A stretch of DNA of 64,000 bases, taken from contig ADNK01001003.1 of the NCBI GenBank assembly GCA_000320545.1, forward strand, positions 20,698 through 84,697, read 5' to 3'. This document shows positions 53,263-64,000 of the stretch, one piece after another. Each line of letters opens with the position of its first letter. Within the stretch, counting starts at the first letter, position 1. Position numbers and translations under genes: made by a program. The DNA is from Bigelowiella natans CCMP2755 (lineage: Eukaryota; Protista; Cercozoa). The notes under the pieces are model-generated. The model did no database searches. It was not told the DNA's origin and saw nothing but the letters and a program-made list of their open reading frames with translations.

Positions 53263-53900
53263 TATCATTATTATTATCATTATTATTATAAATTTGTTAT
53301 TAGGTGATGGTATCCGAGAGAACAAAAGAGTTTAAAGGAGCTGACACAATGACCCATGTAATAGCATTTATCCTCACACCTCACGTAGCAATAGCATATC
53401 TCTCAACCTACAGCGATGTCAAGCCATGAGCTAAATATTGAACGTGATACTTCGCCAGGCGTTCAAAGTAATGGATCACAATCGAGACGGTCTCGTTGAA
53501 GTCTCACGGTAAGCAAGGAGGGGTTGTGCTGTTCCTGTGAATAATGTATGTGTGCCAAAGATGCTAGCTTCTGCAAGCAAAATGATGATGATATAACAAC
53601 TATGGAACGCTAGGTTTAAGTCTGTGTACGAGGTTCTGCTGCCGTCATCATCAAGAGATGAGGTTCAAACCGATATAGCATCATGAAGGCAAACACCGTC
53701 TCACTCAATCAACGGTGCTGTCTCCTTACCTCCCTTAGCCGATTCGAATCTTAAGGAAGATATTCAATCCTGAGAAGAAGTATAACGGGGTAAGTGCGAC
53801 GCCTCACGCAGAGTTCTGTTTTACATTCAAACTGTCCGCATTTATAGATGATGATTTTGCGGAAGTGTATTATTACGGTTGCTGCTGCTCAAAAATGCTG
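52558..53900 (+). CDS. Divergent calmodulin/centrin-like EF-hand protein, multi-exon; 3' end uncertain
   Basis: Exons 52558-52641, 52736-52780, 52864-52935, 53035-53088, 53304-53357, 53459-53508 and 53614 onward join in frame. They give ...DSRQ|VVELRKLFDFLEEGK|VGVLTHQKLHKVFRKLGFMIKMER|VQEILKKFKGSMKFSDFL|VMVSERTKEFKGADTMTH|AFKVMDHNRDGLVEVSRFKSVYE. Confidence 0.7.
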
Positions 53901-54242
53901 TCTCCTTTATAGATGATGAAGACAACGTTGGCTCCTGGAGATCCAGGTCTCAATTTGGCTGGCACTCCGTGCAAAGTACGCAATGCTTGCGAAAGCACAA
54001 TGCATTTTCAGGCAGAACTGAACGCCGCCTGAGACACAACGGAGAACACATGCCCCAAAAAAATATGATATGTACGATAAGATCCTAGCGAGCAGCGCAT
54101 TGGAAATGGCGTGCGAAGACAGCGGGAACATGAGTGCTGGTCTTGCGCTACAATGACACCGTTGTTTTTTTAACCCCAGGTTATCTCCGTTAGTGGGCAA
54201 GCAAAACGTGCAGGTGACGTACATTTTCAGCAATGTTCAAGC

Positions 54243-54320
54243 AGAGAAAGAAAGGGAGAGAGAGAGAGAAAGAGGGAGAGAGAGAGAGAGAAAGAGGGAG
54301 AGAGAGAGAGAGAGAGAGAA
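54243..54320. repeat. (GA)n microsatellite
   Basis: Seen directly. Similar tracts at 59030-59160, 60045-60130 and 61262-61300. Confidence 0.9.
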
Positions 54321-55913
54321 GGCGTTCTGTTGATTATTCAAAAAATCTTGAAGAAAAACATGTTGCAGTGGACTTAAACCTACATTTGTAAAGTTTAATC
54401 TGTCATTGTCTTGTGCATTTATGTTGAGAGATCGTTCCGGTATTTTTAGGTATCCTCCCAGGGTGGATCATCACAAAGTGTGACCGCAAGCAGGTACGTG
54501 GCAAATTTAGACTCGAAAGAAGGAAGAGAACAAAGAGATATTCGAACTCGAAAGGAATCTTTTTCAAGAAAGAAGACGAAAGGCTTGGGAGAAAAAAGCT
54601 AATGAATAATAATGCAACGTGTAGGTCGAGAATGAAAAGGAGGTGGTATCGATTATAAAGCACTTATCTAAGGTAGTAGTAGTATCAGGCTTCGTTATGT
54701 TTCCGGGGATTCACAACTGACATAATAACCACACTACAAGAAAGATGTAACGGCATGCATCTGTCGCCTGATGACGTGCTTGCCAGATCGCAGAGATTTC
54801 GAAAATCTTCCTTTGTCGTGCCCCCATTTGTTGATCATCGTATAATATTTTCTCCTCTTCTTCCACTTTCACAGTCTGGATCACACTTTACAATTGAGCT
54901 CGCATTTGAGAGGGTAACAGCTTCATACGTAACCACATGCACACACACACACACAAACACACACAAAGCTGATTAAATATGTCTGGTCCTTACACGAATT
55001 TATTTGATTGTAATGTGGATTAGGTTATGAGCTTTCGAGAATTTTGTAAGTACGGCCAGCTCACTTATGAAGATTTTGTGAGCGTTATGAGAACTTTCTC
55101 TACATGACAGCAAACTAGCAAAACCTTAAGTACAAGCTCACAAAGCATCCATGCTTGTCATTTTGAGCACATGATTGACATGTGTAGAAACAAAAGAAAC
55201 GTACAAAGAGCTACAATTTGCACGCATACATACTCGTGGTGAGCGGTTGGTGCAACAAGTAGATCTAAGAAAAATCACAAAATGCTCGGTAGCCAGCGCG
55301 AAGTGAGTCAGTCTCAAACAGCACAGATCAACATGGATGGATTGAGGTGATATTGCCAAAACTGTCGGAAAATGTCGCGACTTTGAATTGAGAAATTGCG
55401 AAATCCTGAAATCCTTAAATCCCACTCGGACAGCTTTTGGTAAATATAAATCAATCCATCCAGCTAATCTGTGCTGTTTGAATCCAGAGCAATCGGCTAT
55501 TCAGAATTTGAACTCGGTTGTTGAGCAAATTGTTCATGTGCATTGTTCATTGATCATTGTTCATGTGCACGATGGCGAGCCATGAAGAGCTCAATTCGCG
55601 ACACAAGCTGCAGCGTTCGACGAAACACCTAGATGTGCGCGCGTTGTCAATCCACATGAAACACAGTGCGTGCAGATGCGCGCGTCGTTGTGATTGCAAC
55701 TAACTAGCTAGCGCAAAGTGTGGATCATGGACACAGCAACGTCCGCCCGTGCGAGTCGCACAACAGTCGCACACGCACACGATTGAAGCTCTGTCACTTG
55801 CATGATGATCAACATGCTGAGCCTGAGTTGCACTTTGGCCATGTTAGCATGCGCAACAAGCAGTGCAGCAGATGCTGCATCGATGGTCGCACCGTGCTGT
55901 GCAGTGCACTGCG

Positions 55914-56535
55914 CTACGACGGATCTCTTTCCCCATTTGCTAGATCATGTGTGCTTCGATGCAGCTCCACCAAACCCATCGTGTCCAAGCTGCAGTATTC
56001 CAGCAACGCATCACGGAGAAAGTCCCTCTCCTTTGCCCCTATATGAGAAAGAAACAATGACATGTAGTGCGTATGCGTAGCGAATCGCGACTTAGCCCAC
56101 ACGTCTCCCACCCTCGCAAACACACACAATTCCGACCGCACTCCATGCTGGATAATCAATATTACTACTGCTTCACAATCTGTGACTCTGCCGAAAGGTT
56201 TGCTACCTGTTGATGGATCTAGCATCCTTTCGAACGCCATCACAGCTTCTGCTCCATCGGATATTGCCAGAGACTCGTAGTGACCCGTATATTGCGGGAC
56301 GAGGGCAGGAAGCACAAGCTTCAGCGACGTCCGCCCACGGAATTCGGGGTGCGCGATACAGCTCCCTATCGTGCCTGATGAAGAGCCACTTCGGATCACA
56401 GTAGTATCATAGCAGTAGAGATGGTAACGATGATAAAAAGGTGATGATTAATGAAGATCATTTAGGGGAAACTGTAAGGCATGCGGCAACATTTAGAAGG
56501 AGCGAGTTTGTCTTTCCATCAGCACACAACATATG

Positions 56536-56573
<38 letters not shown>

Positions 56574-57413
56574 TATATTGGTTCCCACGTTCCAAGTCGA
56601 AGATCCTGTCCCTTGCAGCGAGAAGACGCGCAGCCAGATCTGGGTACCTCTCGGATAGCTTCACCATCTGCGTTGCTTCGCTGCTCGAGTACACAATTAT
56701 GGACGACCTCGGATGTTCTTCCAACTGCGATAGAAGTCGGAGGCATAGCTCCCGGAGGGACCCAACCGATCCATCACTAAGATACTCAAAATGCTGCAAG
56801 CTGCTGCTGCTGGCATCACCTCCGCCACAGTAGTCGGAGTCCATCCGATGCAGCGAGAATTGCGTGATTATCGGCTCGAACGGCCTGACCCCGTCGAATA
56901 GAGGAATCGCTGAATGAATTGATATGCAAGGATTAGATGCTCAACGTGAGGAAGCACGATTATCATCAATGCCGTCATCATCTCCGAGGACACATTCTCC
57001 TCGCACTGGCTCTGATATTTGTGTAAGAGCATGCATCTGTCGCCTCTCACTACCGCTGGTGAGATGCTCGAAGTCGAGATAGTAATACGGGGGCCCAGAT
57101 ATGGCGTTCAGACTTGCCATCAAAGCCGTCCTTATAGATAACATGTATGCTTCAATTGCTACATAAATTGCAAGTATGCAGGGCATCTCCCACTGCGGCC
57201 TCTTTGATCCTCTCCCCCCCCCCCCCCTTCTTCGTTTTCTCCAGCATTTTTCTTCTTCTTATTCGTTGTCGACATCACCGATCGTACATCGCCCTCCCTG
57301 AGTTTACCTGGAAATAGGCAACCAATCATGATACCATCCTCGTCATCATCATCATCATTATCCCCAGTAGCAGCAGCACCACGGAGACTCTCTTTTAATC
57401 ATCTCTCTTTCTA

Positions 57414-57460
<47 letters not shown>

Positions 57461-58154
57461 GCGCAATGAGATCTATCTATGTGTGTGTGTATGTGTGTGT
57501 ATGGTGCGTGTGACATATGCGCATCACTCACAGCGGCCCAGTGTCGGCGTTGGTTCGAAGTGAGGAATGCCTTTGATATGGAGCTAATCTCCTTCCCTTC
57601 CTACGACGAAAGCAGTAACAAATTTGTACGATCTGGAGATCGAGAATATATATTTGCCCCGCCTTTATTATCTTTCTTTTCTTCTATGACTACTCCCGAG
57701 ACGTACTTGTGTGAGTATTTTCCGCAGCCGATCGTTTGATAGACGAGGAAGCTCCCAAACAGGATGAGAAAGGCCCTCTCCTAGAGTAGAAGGAGATGGC
57801 AAGTGAGGAGAGAGGGGGGAAGAGGCAGAAAATGTCCGAACGCTGATATTTACCCTCCTCCTCTTTATCTAAATCTATCGGTTATGCTTCTGCTTCTCTC
57901 TCTCTCACATTATGATCGATCACGACAAACAACAACAACAACACCATGAGGCAGCAGCAGTAGTAGTAGTAGTAGTAGGAGAAGTAGTATTAGCAGTACC
58001 AATACACCCTTCAAAAAGAACACAATTCGAGCAGTGTGTGCTCGGTGTTGGCTCCGGAATCTAATACGAAGACGAGGGGAGCATGAAGCGGGCAGACAAG
58101 GAGTATGTTTGTGTTCGGGCGGGCGGGCGTGCGTGCGCTGCTTTTAATATTATA

Positions 58155-58207
<53 letters not shown>

Positions 58208-58414
58208 GGTCTTTCTCGAATTTGGCGTTCATCGTACCATGCTGTCGTCGTCCGTTGCGCTGCCGACTTTATGAACAAGTTTCCGGAATCTTCCCAAATA
58301 CTTGGTGACGTGGCTACTCAAATCGATCCGAACGAAGACTGGCTCGTCGTCGCTGAATCATACCAAAAACATCGCCGTGTGACTGAATATGCACGCCTAT
58401 GTGTGTGCGCGCGC

Positions 58415-58452
<38 letters not shown>

Positions 58453-59030
58453 AAACTAAGCAAGGATCTTCGAGTATATTATGCATCTCTAAGAGATGAT
58501 AATTAGTGCTACCCCATCGTAATCGCATCTCCTCCTCCTCCTCCTCCTCCTCCTCCTCCTCCTCCCCGTATGTACCTAGATGGACAACATTTGTGTTATA
58601 TGTACATTACACATACACACTCATATTTAGATATAAATATAGTTAACATTGCGGGTCTGTTTGTGAATCATCACTTTGGATTGGCCGCTAGCACGAAAGC
58701 TCCCTCGATCTGTGGAAAAGTAAACACACGCACACACACACACACACACACCCGTGTGTGTGTGTGTGTGTGTGTGTGATTGTATCTTCGCGTGCATGCA
58801 TCTGGTGGAGATAATATATTTAAAATCGATCGCATTAACGACGACGACGACGACGACGACGACGACTATACACAGTGCATACGTTATGTCCACAGGATTC
58901 AGCCGCTTGCCACAAGAGAGAAAGCTGCTGCGCGGCCTTTTCTTTAGTTAATGTTTGGAATGAGGAAGAGGTGTAGGAGAATGAAAGAGTGCTATTGGTT
59001 CTGAGTTTATCTCTTTTGCTGAGTGAGTGA

Positions 59031-59074
<44 letters not shown>

Positions 59075-59106
59075 TGATCTCTTTTGCTGAGTGAGTGAGA
59101 GGGAGG

Positions 59107-59160
<54 letters not shown>

Positions 59161-60051
59161 AATAGAGAGAGTGTAGGTAATGATGGTGATGGTAGTGCTT
59201 AACGGTGATTTGAGTAATTTGTGCCGCATGGAAGACGACAGGTATGGTCAAATTGGACCTCCCCCCTCTCCCCTCTCCCGACACTTTTGTATAGGAATCT
59301 AATACTACGTTTATTCTTCAATCGCGATGCTCTGATCAAGCCTAATTGCCAACTTGAGCCGTCCTGTCAGCAGAGAAGAGGACAGAAAATGAAGGTTATG
59401 GCTGGGAGGAGGAGGAGTAGAAACACAAGGGAAAAGGGTATCACGGAAGCAGCTAGTAGGTATTCCAGGAGATGTAAAAGTAGCCACAACTAACACATGA
59501 TCACGGTAGGACCGTAATCGATCATTGTTCATCGCCATAACGATGCTTTTTGCGCTATTTCTAATCTCTCAACCTCCTCCTCCTCCTCCTCCTCCTCCTC
59601 CTCCTCCGCATGTTGCACTAACTAAAAGACTACTCCAACCTGTCCTCTTTCTAGAATGTCGCATCGTCCATTTATGGTTCCGTCGTCAAAGAACGCGTTC
59701 ACAAGGTATCGCAGCCCCCCTGCACCCTCTTCCTCGCTGCTGCTACTATTCTCTTGCATGGTCACTTCTGTCAGTTTCTGGGCCGATTTCTTGTCCAGCG
59801 CTCGGTCCATCTGTGGGTTAGGGCAGAGTGATTCCCTTTTGCTCGTACCTGTGCTGCTTCTCGTTAGGTGTTTCGATAGCAGCAGCTGTATTTTTGAGTG
59901 TTGGGATTGGACCACTTATTAGCATTGAGGTACCACGTGGATGCTCTTTCCCTCAAATGCGGCTAGAACAGCCGCACGGAACTTCTCGGAGGCATGGAGA
60001 GTGAGTCTGTCGTTCGATGTACTTGGCTCTTGCACTTAGATGCAAGAGAGA

Positions 60052-60107
<56 letters not shown>

Positions 60108-60515
60108 GAGAGAGACAGAGAGAGGGAGAAGAGGAGAGTAAGCAGTCATTATGAATCTATCTCCTTCTCTTTCTCGACACCAACGCCATGGATATGATTA
60201 GCACAAACAACAAAGCATCGTCGCTGTTGTCGTCGTGGTCACCATCTCTGTCAGAGGGCATGCCAGACCTTTGGCTCGTCGCCGGTGCCAGGCCTTACGA
60301 AGGCAAATCCGCCCCTCCCTCAAGCACGTGAGAGACATCGCTGGGGGGGGCTTGCATTTCCTCTCGTCACTCTCTGCGCTTGCAGTATTGTATTTGCTGG
60401 TGTTAAAGTCTCTCCATCTAGCTATGCGTCCTGCGACGGGCTGATTCATCGTGGCCGACATGGCGTTGGTGCATCCTCTCCGGAGCATGCGCGATGGCAA
60501 TGGGTTTTGGGGCAT
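55914..60515 (-). CDS. DUF2779-domain protein (bacterial-type, RecB-like N-terminal part plus RNase H-like nuclease part), multi-exon; 5' structure approximate
   Basis: Ordered motifs: SLTCLREGRICLRKAW (~60290-60340), NAFFDDGTINGRCDIL (~59650-59700), PYYYLDFE|AIPLFDGVRPFEPIITQFSLH (intron 57053-56910), LQHFEYL, SIIVYS, RIFDL, HPEFRGRTSLKLVLPALVP, LAISDG.EA and LLEYCSLDT. Confidence 0.75.
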
Positions 60516-60736
60516 GGATGATCTGGTCAATAATATATAGGTATTTACCCGATGAGAAATCGAAAATAAAGTGTACTTTCATGATGGAAAAGTGTGTTCC
60601 GCCTATCATTATCGGTAGAGGCATTACTATAATTAGAATATTAGGTAGTTTCTAGCATGAATTAATTTCTAAAAGACTGGTCGAGATTACCAAACGGCCG
60701 AATCCACCAGGAGAAAGAGCTCCGTGCCCCGAGGCC

Positions 60737-61258
60737 ATGCTGGGGAAGGTACGCTACCTGCTGTTGGATGACTTCCTATGTGGACATTGCACTCCAATCG
60801 TAAGAATAGCCGATCGATCATGCCCCCCTCCCTCCCCCCCCTCCCCCTTCCCACCTTCGGCGGAGCCTGAAGGACTCATACGTGATGTTGATTGGCAGAC
60901 AGCGACCATCTTCGACGGCGGCATCGCGGTTTTGCTGCACAGGCTGAAAGGAGGGAGGAATGTTGTGGCGAGCGGGCCTCTCAAGGACATGCAACACCAG
61001 GCTTTCAAAGGTAGATTTCGCGTCGCATACTGTCGTTCAAACGCCTCCGCCCCCCGCCCCCCCTTTCATTTAACATGAACGGATTTCTTAGCCGTAAGGC
61101 CGAAGCCAGAGCTCGTCAGGAGTGCATACAATGATTTTGCGCGCGCCGGAGTGGATGTTCTGACCACCAGTACGGTAGGGCTCAGGATTGATGATATGGT
61201 ACGTTCATGTCTTGCGCGTCAAACGAACCGGATACATGTTCCGTCACAGCTCTCGCGC

Positions 61259-61304
<46 letters not shown>

Positions 61305-61866
61305 AAGAGAAGGAGAGGACAATAGATGAATACTCGGTATTAAAAAGAAGACAAACGGTAATATCAATGACTGCGATTTTTATATTGCGTTTTAGCGGGA
61401 GAACCGCGACGAGGCGCTCGAGGACATCGTTGCATCAGGTGGTGAAGCAAAATGAAGGAATCGCAATCAGCGACCGTTGCACACATTTCCGAGACATGTA
61501 TGATCTTGTTCGCTCCCCCCCCCCCCTCTCGCCGCTGCTAGTTGAAAACTACCATATCACCAAACAGCCCGTTTGGCGAGGGAGGTAGCACTGGACAACT
61601 CGTCGAAGCGACGAAAGGTCCGCGTGGCTGGCTGCATCCCGGCCCTTCCGATTGTCGAAGATGACGGTTCCGACCCGGCTGTTGTTAAAGAATTCCAGCG
61701 AGCCACGCTGGACACCATAGATGCGATGATGCCATATGTGGACATATGGTTCGTCAAGGATATGGGTACAGCTTACACAAGCGATAAAATGCAACCCCCC
61801 ACACGTGAGAGCGCATGCAGCACTCGCGCAAAACACATGAATCTTGCTACCGCTATCACCATGACT

Positions 61867-61898
<32 letters not shown>

Positions 61899-62821
61899 AA
61901 TCATCATCATGCATGCATGATGATCCGAATCGTCTCTGTTCCAGAATCGAAGGTGCAGGCGACATTCCTCGCCGACCAAGTGTGCTCTCGTAGCGTAAAG
62001 CCGATTTGGGTTTCGTGGAGGATTCAAGGCTGGGAGGATGACCATTATCTCCTGCCAAGCGGCGAGACACTTAAGGACGCGGGTATTTATCTACACCTTT
62101 GATGATTGCGACAACAAAAATGGTCGTGAGAAAACTGGGGCAAAAGTGACTGTAATGATAACAACAACGAGCACAATATTATCGTTTCGATGCTTTTATG
62201 ATGACGCCTTTCTTTGATAAATACTCGGCGTCGTCGTCGTCATCACTCCGATCGACCCCCCCTTACCTCCTGCTCTCTCCTCTTGTTCTTCTCGCTTTTG
62301 TTTGCTACAGTGGTACACCTACATTCGTGGGTCCCCAACATCAAAGCAGTAATGGCGAACATTCAGGGCGAATCGCACGAAAACGGTGCTTGATATCTAG
62401 ATGTTATGAATATTGACGAAGGCGTGATGCGCTCTTCCCCGCTCATATTGTCAACTAAACACAACATGCATTTGTCACTAGCCATTAGCGAGCTTCGCAA
62501 GCACACGATACTGGGCATGGATATTGTGATGGGATGCTATTCTGATGTGGAACCGGAGGCTCAACGGAAGCTGGGAGGCTTTGAAGGGCTCGAAAAGTAG
62601 TAGCTTCTTCGCACGTGTTCTTCAATCATCAAATAGCTGAGATGGTCGTTCTGATTAGAAATCTGTTTTTATTCATACGCTATCGTAGAATGAGCGAGAA
62701 GTACACGGAAGACATGAAAAGGTGGTGGGAAATAGGAGCAAGGACAATTGGCACGGGCGCATTGATGCCGCCTGAGGAAATTGCTGTGATTACGGGAAGG
62801 CGACAGAAGAAAAAGACGTAG
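60737..62821 (+). CDS. Homocysteine S-methyltransferase-fold (S-methyl_trans) protein lacking Zn-binding cysteines, multi-exon
   Basis: Spliced motifs in order: IFDGGIAVLL, PELVRSAYNDFARAGVDVLTTST, VRVAGCIPAL, PYVDIWF, KPIWVSW...LPSGETLKDA, AVMANI, MGCYS, Y...MKRWWEIGARTIGTGA..PEEIAVI. TAG stop at 62819-62821. Confidence 0.75.
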
Positions 62822-63372
62822 CACTCAAGTTTTATATCAATCATTGACGATGCCTCGTTTAATTTGCGATCTGATCAATCGGCAGCCGCTACATCATGCT
62901 TATTCTTTGATGAATGAGTGACGCTCCTGCCCTATTTTGCAATTTGAGCTCGTGGCTCATTCCCGCCCGTCTGCTCTACGATGCGCTGGCAATGAGCTAA
63001 GTAACGCTAGAACGACCTCAATGCAAAACAACAAACATTGGAATCATTTGACATGTCGCCTCGCGGTCGGCGCTCGCACATCGCTGAGCCAATGTAAAAA
63101 TGCAACACGCGCATGCAACAGATGTGCGGGCCGATGTCCACGCATGATGTTTTTTGCCAGCACAAGAGCAACCCACTATGGTGTGTTCTCGCGACTTGCT
63201 TGTCACGCGAAAGCTATGCCAGGCGGCGGTATGTGCGACGAGTAATTACCAACAGCAAAGACATCATAACACCAGCAATGATAATAAGCTTGCATGCTTG
63301 GTTTCTAGTAAACACTTACATCTGATCGACGGCATCACACTGCAAGTCCTTGGCGTGGCTGTGGTGGCCGAT

Positions 63373-63509
63373 TCACGGGCTGGCAACGATGTGCACCAAG
63401 TTGCCCTTTGAATCCTGCATGAGCGTGTCTATCAGCTCGGCGTCGTTATTGAAGAAGTTTAGCACCTCTGGTATGAACAAAGCTTCCTGGAAAACATCCA
63501 CAAGTAAAT

Positions 63510-63551
<42 letters not shown>

Positions 63552-63695
63552 GTGTGTGTGTGTGTGTGTGTATGTGTGTGTGCGCGCGCGCGCGTATGCT
63601 TCAAATTGAATTATGTGCGAGTTAGTTCTCCGCAACATACGTTGTCTTTGCAGCTTATCAAGCATCTCAAGTACTCCTCTAGCTTTTCCTGAACA
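63373..63695 (-). CDS. 3' exons of a probable PX-domain protein; 5' part upstream, possibly beyond the window
   Basis: QEKLEEYLRCLISCKDN|EALFIPEVLNFFNND...IVASP* resembles the PX C-terminal helices (LE.YL..L......V..F). Confidence 0.4.
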
Positions 63696-63718
63696 TTCAC
63701 CACACAGACGCGGTGAGT

Positions 63719-63750
<32 letters not shown>

Positions 63751-63937
63751 GAGGAGGAGGAGGACTGGAAGAGAGCTTCTCATGATACATGAATATACAG
63801 GATGAGTACGTGAGATGATAACAAGCAGCACAAGTATGACGGGAACTAACAGTGTTGAGCGGCACGGCCAAAATACAGCATCCCGAAATGAAGAGATTGT
63901 TAGAAAATGATGGCTCCAAGATGGAAATTGTAGTATT

Positions 63938-63994
<57 letters not shown>

Positions 63995-64000
63995 GTACCT

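Noticed and set aside
52550-53460. Apparent in-frame TAA codons in the EF-hand gene, suggesting stop-codon reassignment
   Set aside because: A better exon model (start 52558, acceptors at 52735 and 53458) removes them. More than 10,000 codons of the E3 gene have no in-frame TAA, and TAA, TGA and TAG all end genes in this window.

Overview
Eukaryotic nuclear DNA from a protist-like genome. It has GT-AG spliceosomal introns and microsatellite-rich introns and spacers; a Rhizaria/chlorarachniophyte-like source is only a guess. I saw no operons, CRISPR arrays, rRNA or tRNA. The window is dominated by one ~34 kb, 19-exon gene (16594-50701, +). After one apparent 1-nt frameshift near 31620 is repaired, it encodes a ~10,200-aa HERC-like HECT E3 ubiquitin ligase with a fascin-like domain, a CUB-like domain, 4 discoidin-like domains, ~15 SPRY domains, 2 RCC1-like propellers, split LamG-like modules, Tudor-, SH3- and UBA-like domains, and an intact catalytic Cys. 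Other genes in order: a secreted or surface protein with two tandem globular domains, a mucin-like stalk and a REJ-like region (minus strand, runs off the left edge); Arp2; a multi-exon hypothetical gene; an SRPBCC/START-like gene with a frameshift; TMEM14 (absent from the ORF track); a calmodulin-like EF-hand gene; an intron-containing, bacterial-type DUF2779 nuclease-like gene; a homocysteine S-methyltransferase-fold gene that lacks its Zn-binding cysteines; and the 3' end of a probable PX-domain gene. A LINE 3' remnant and CATG/CTAG-rich spacer islands lie downstream of gene 3' ends. Exon boundaries were read by hand. Domain calls rest on recalled motifs, not database searches.
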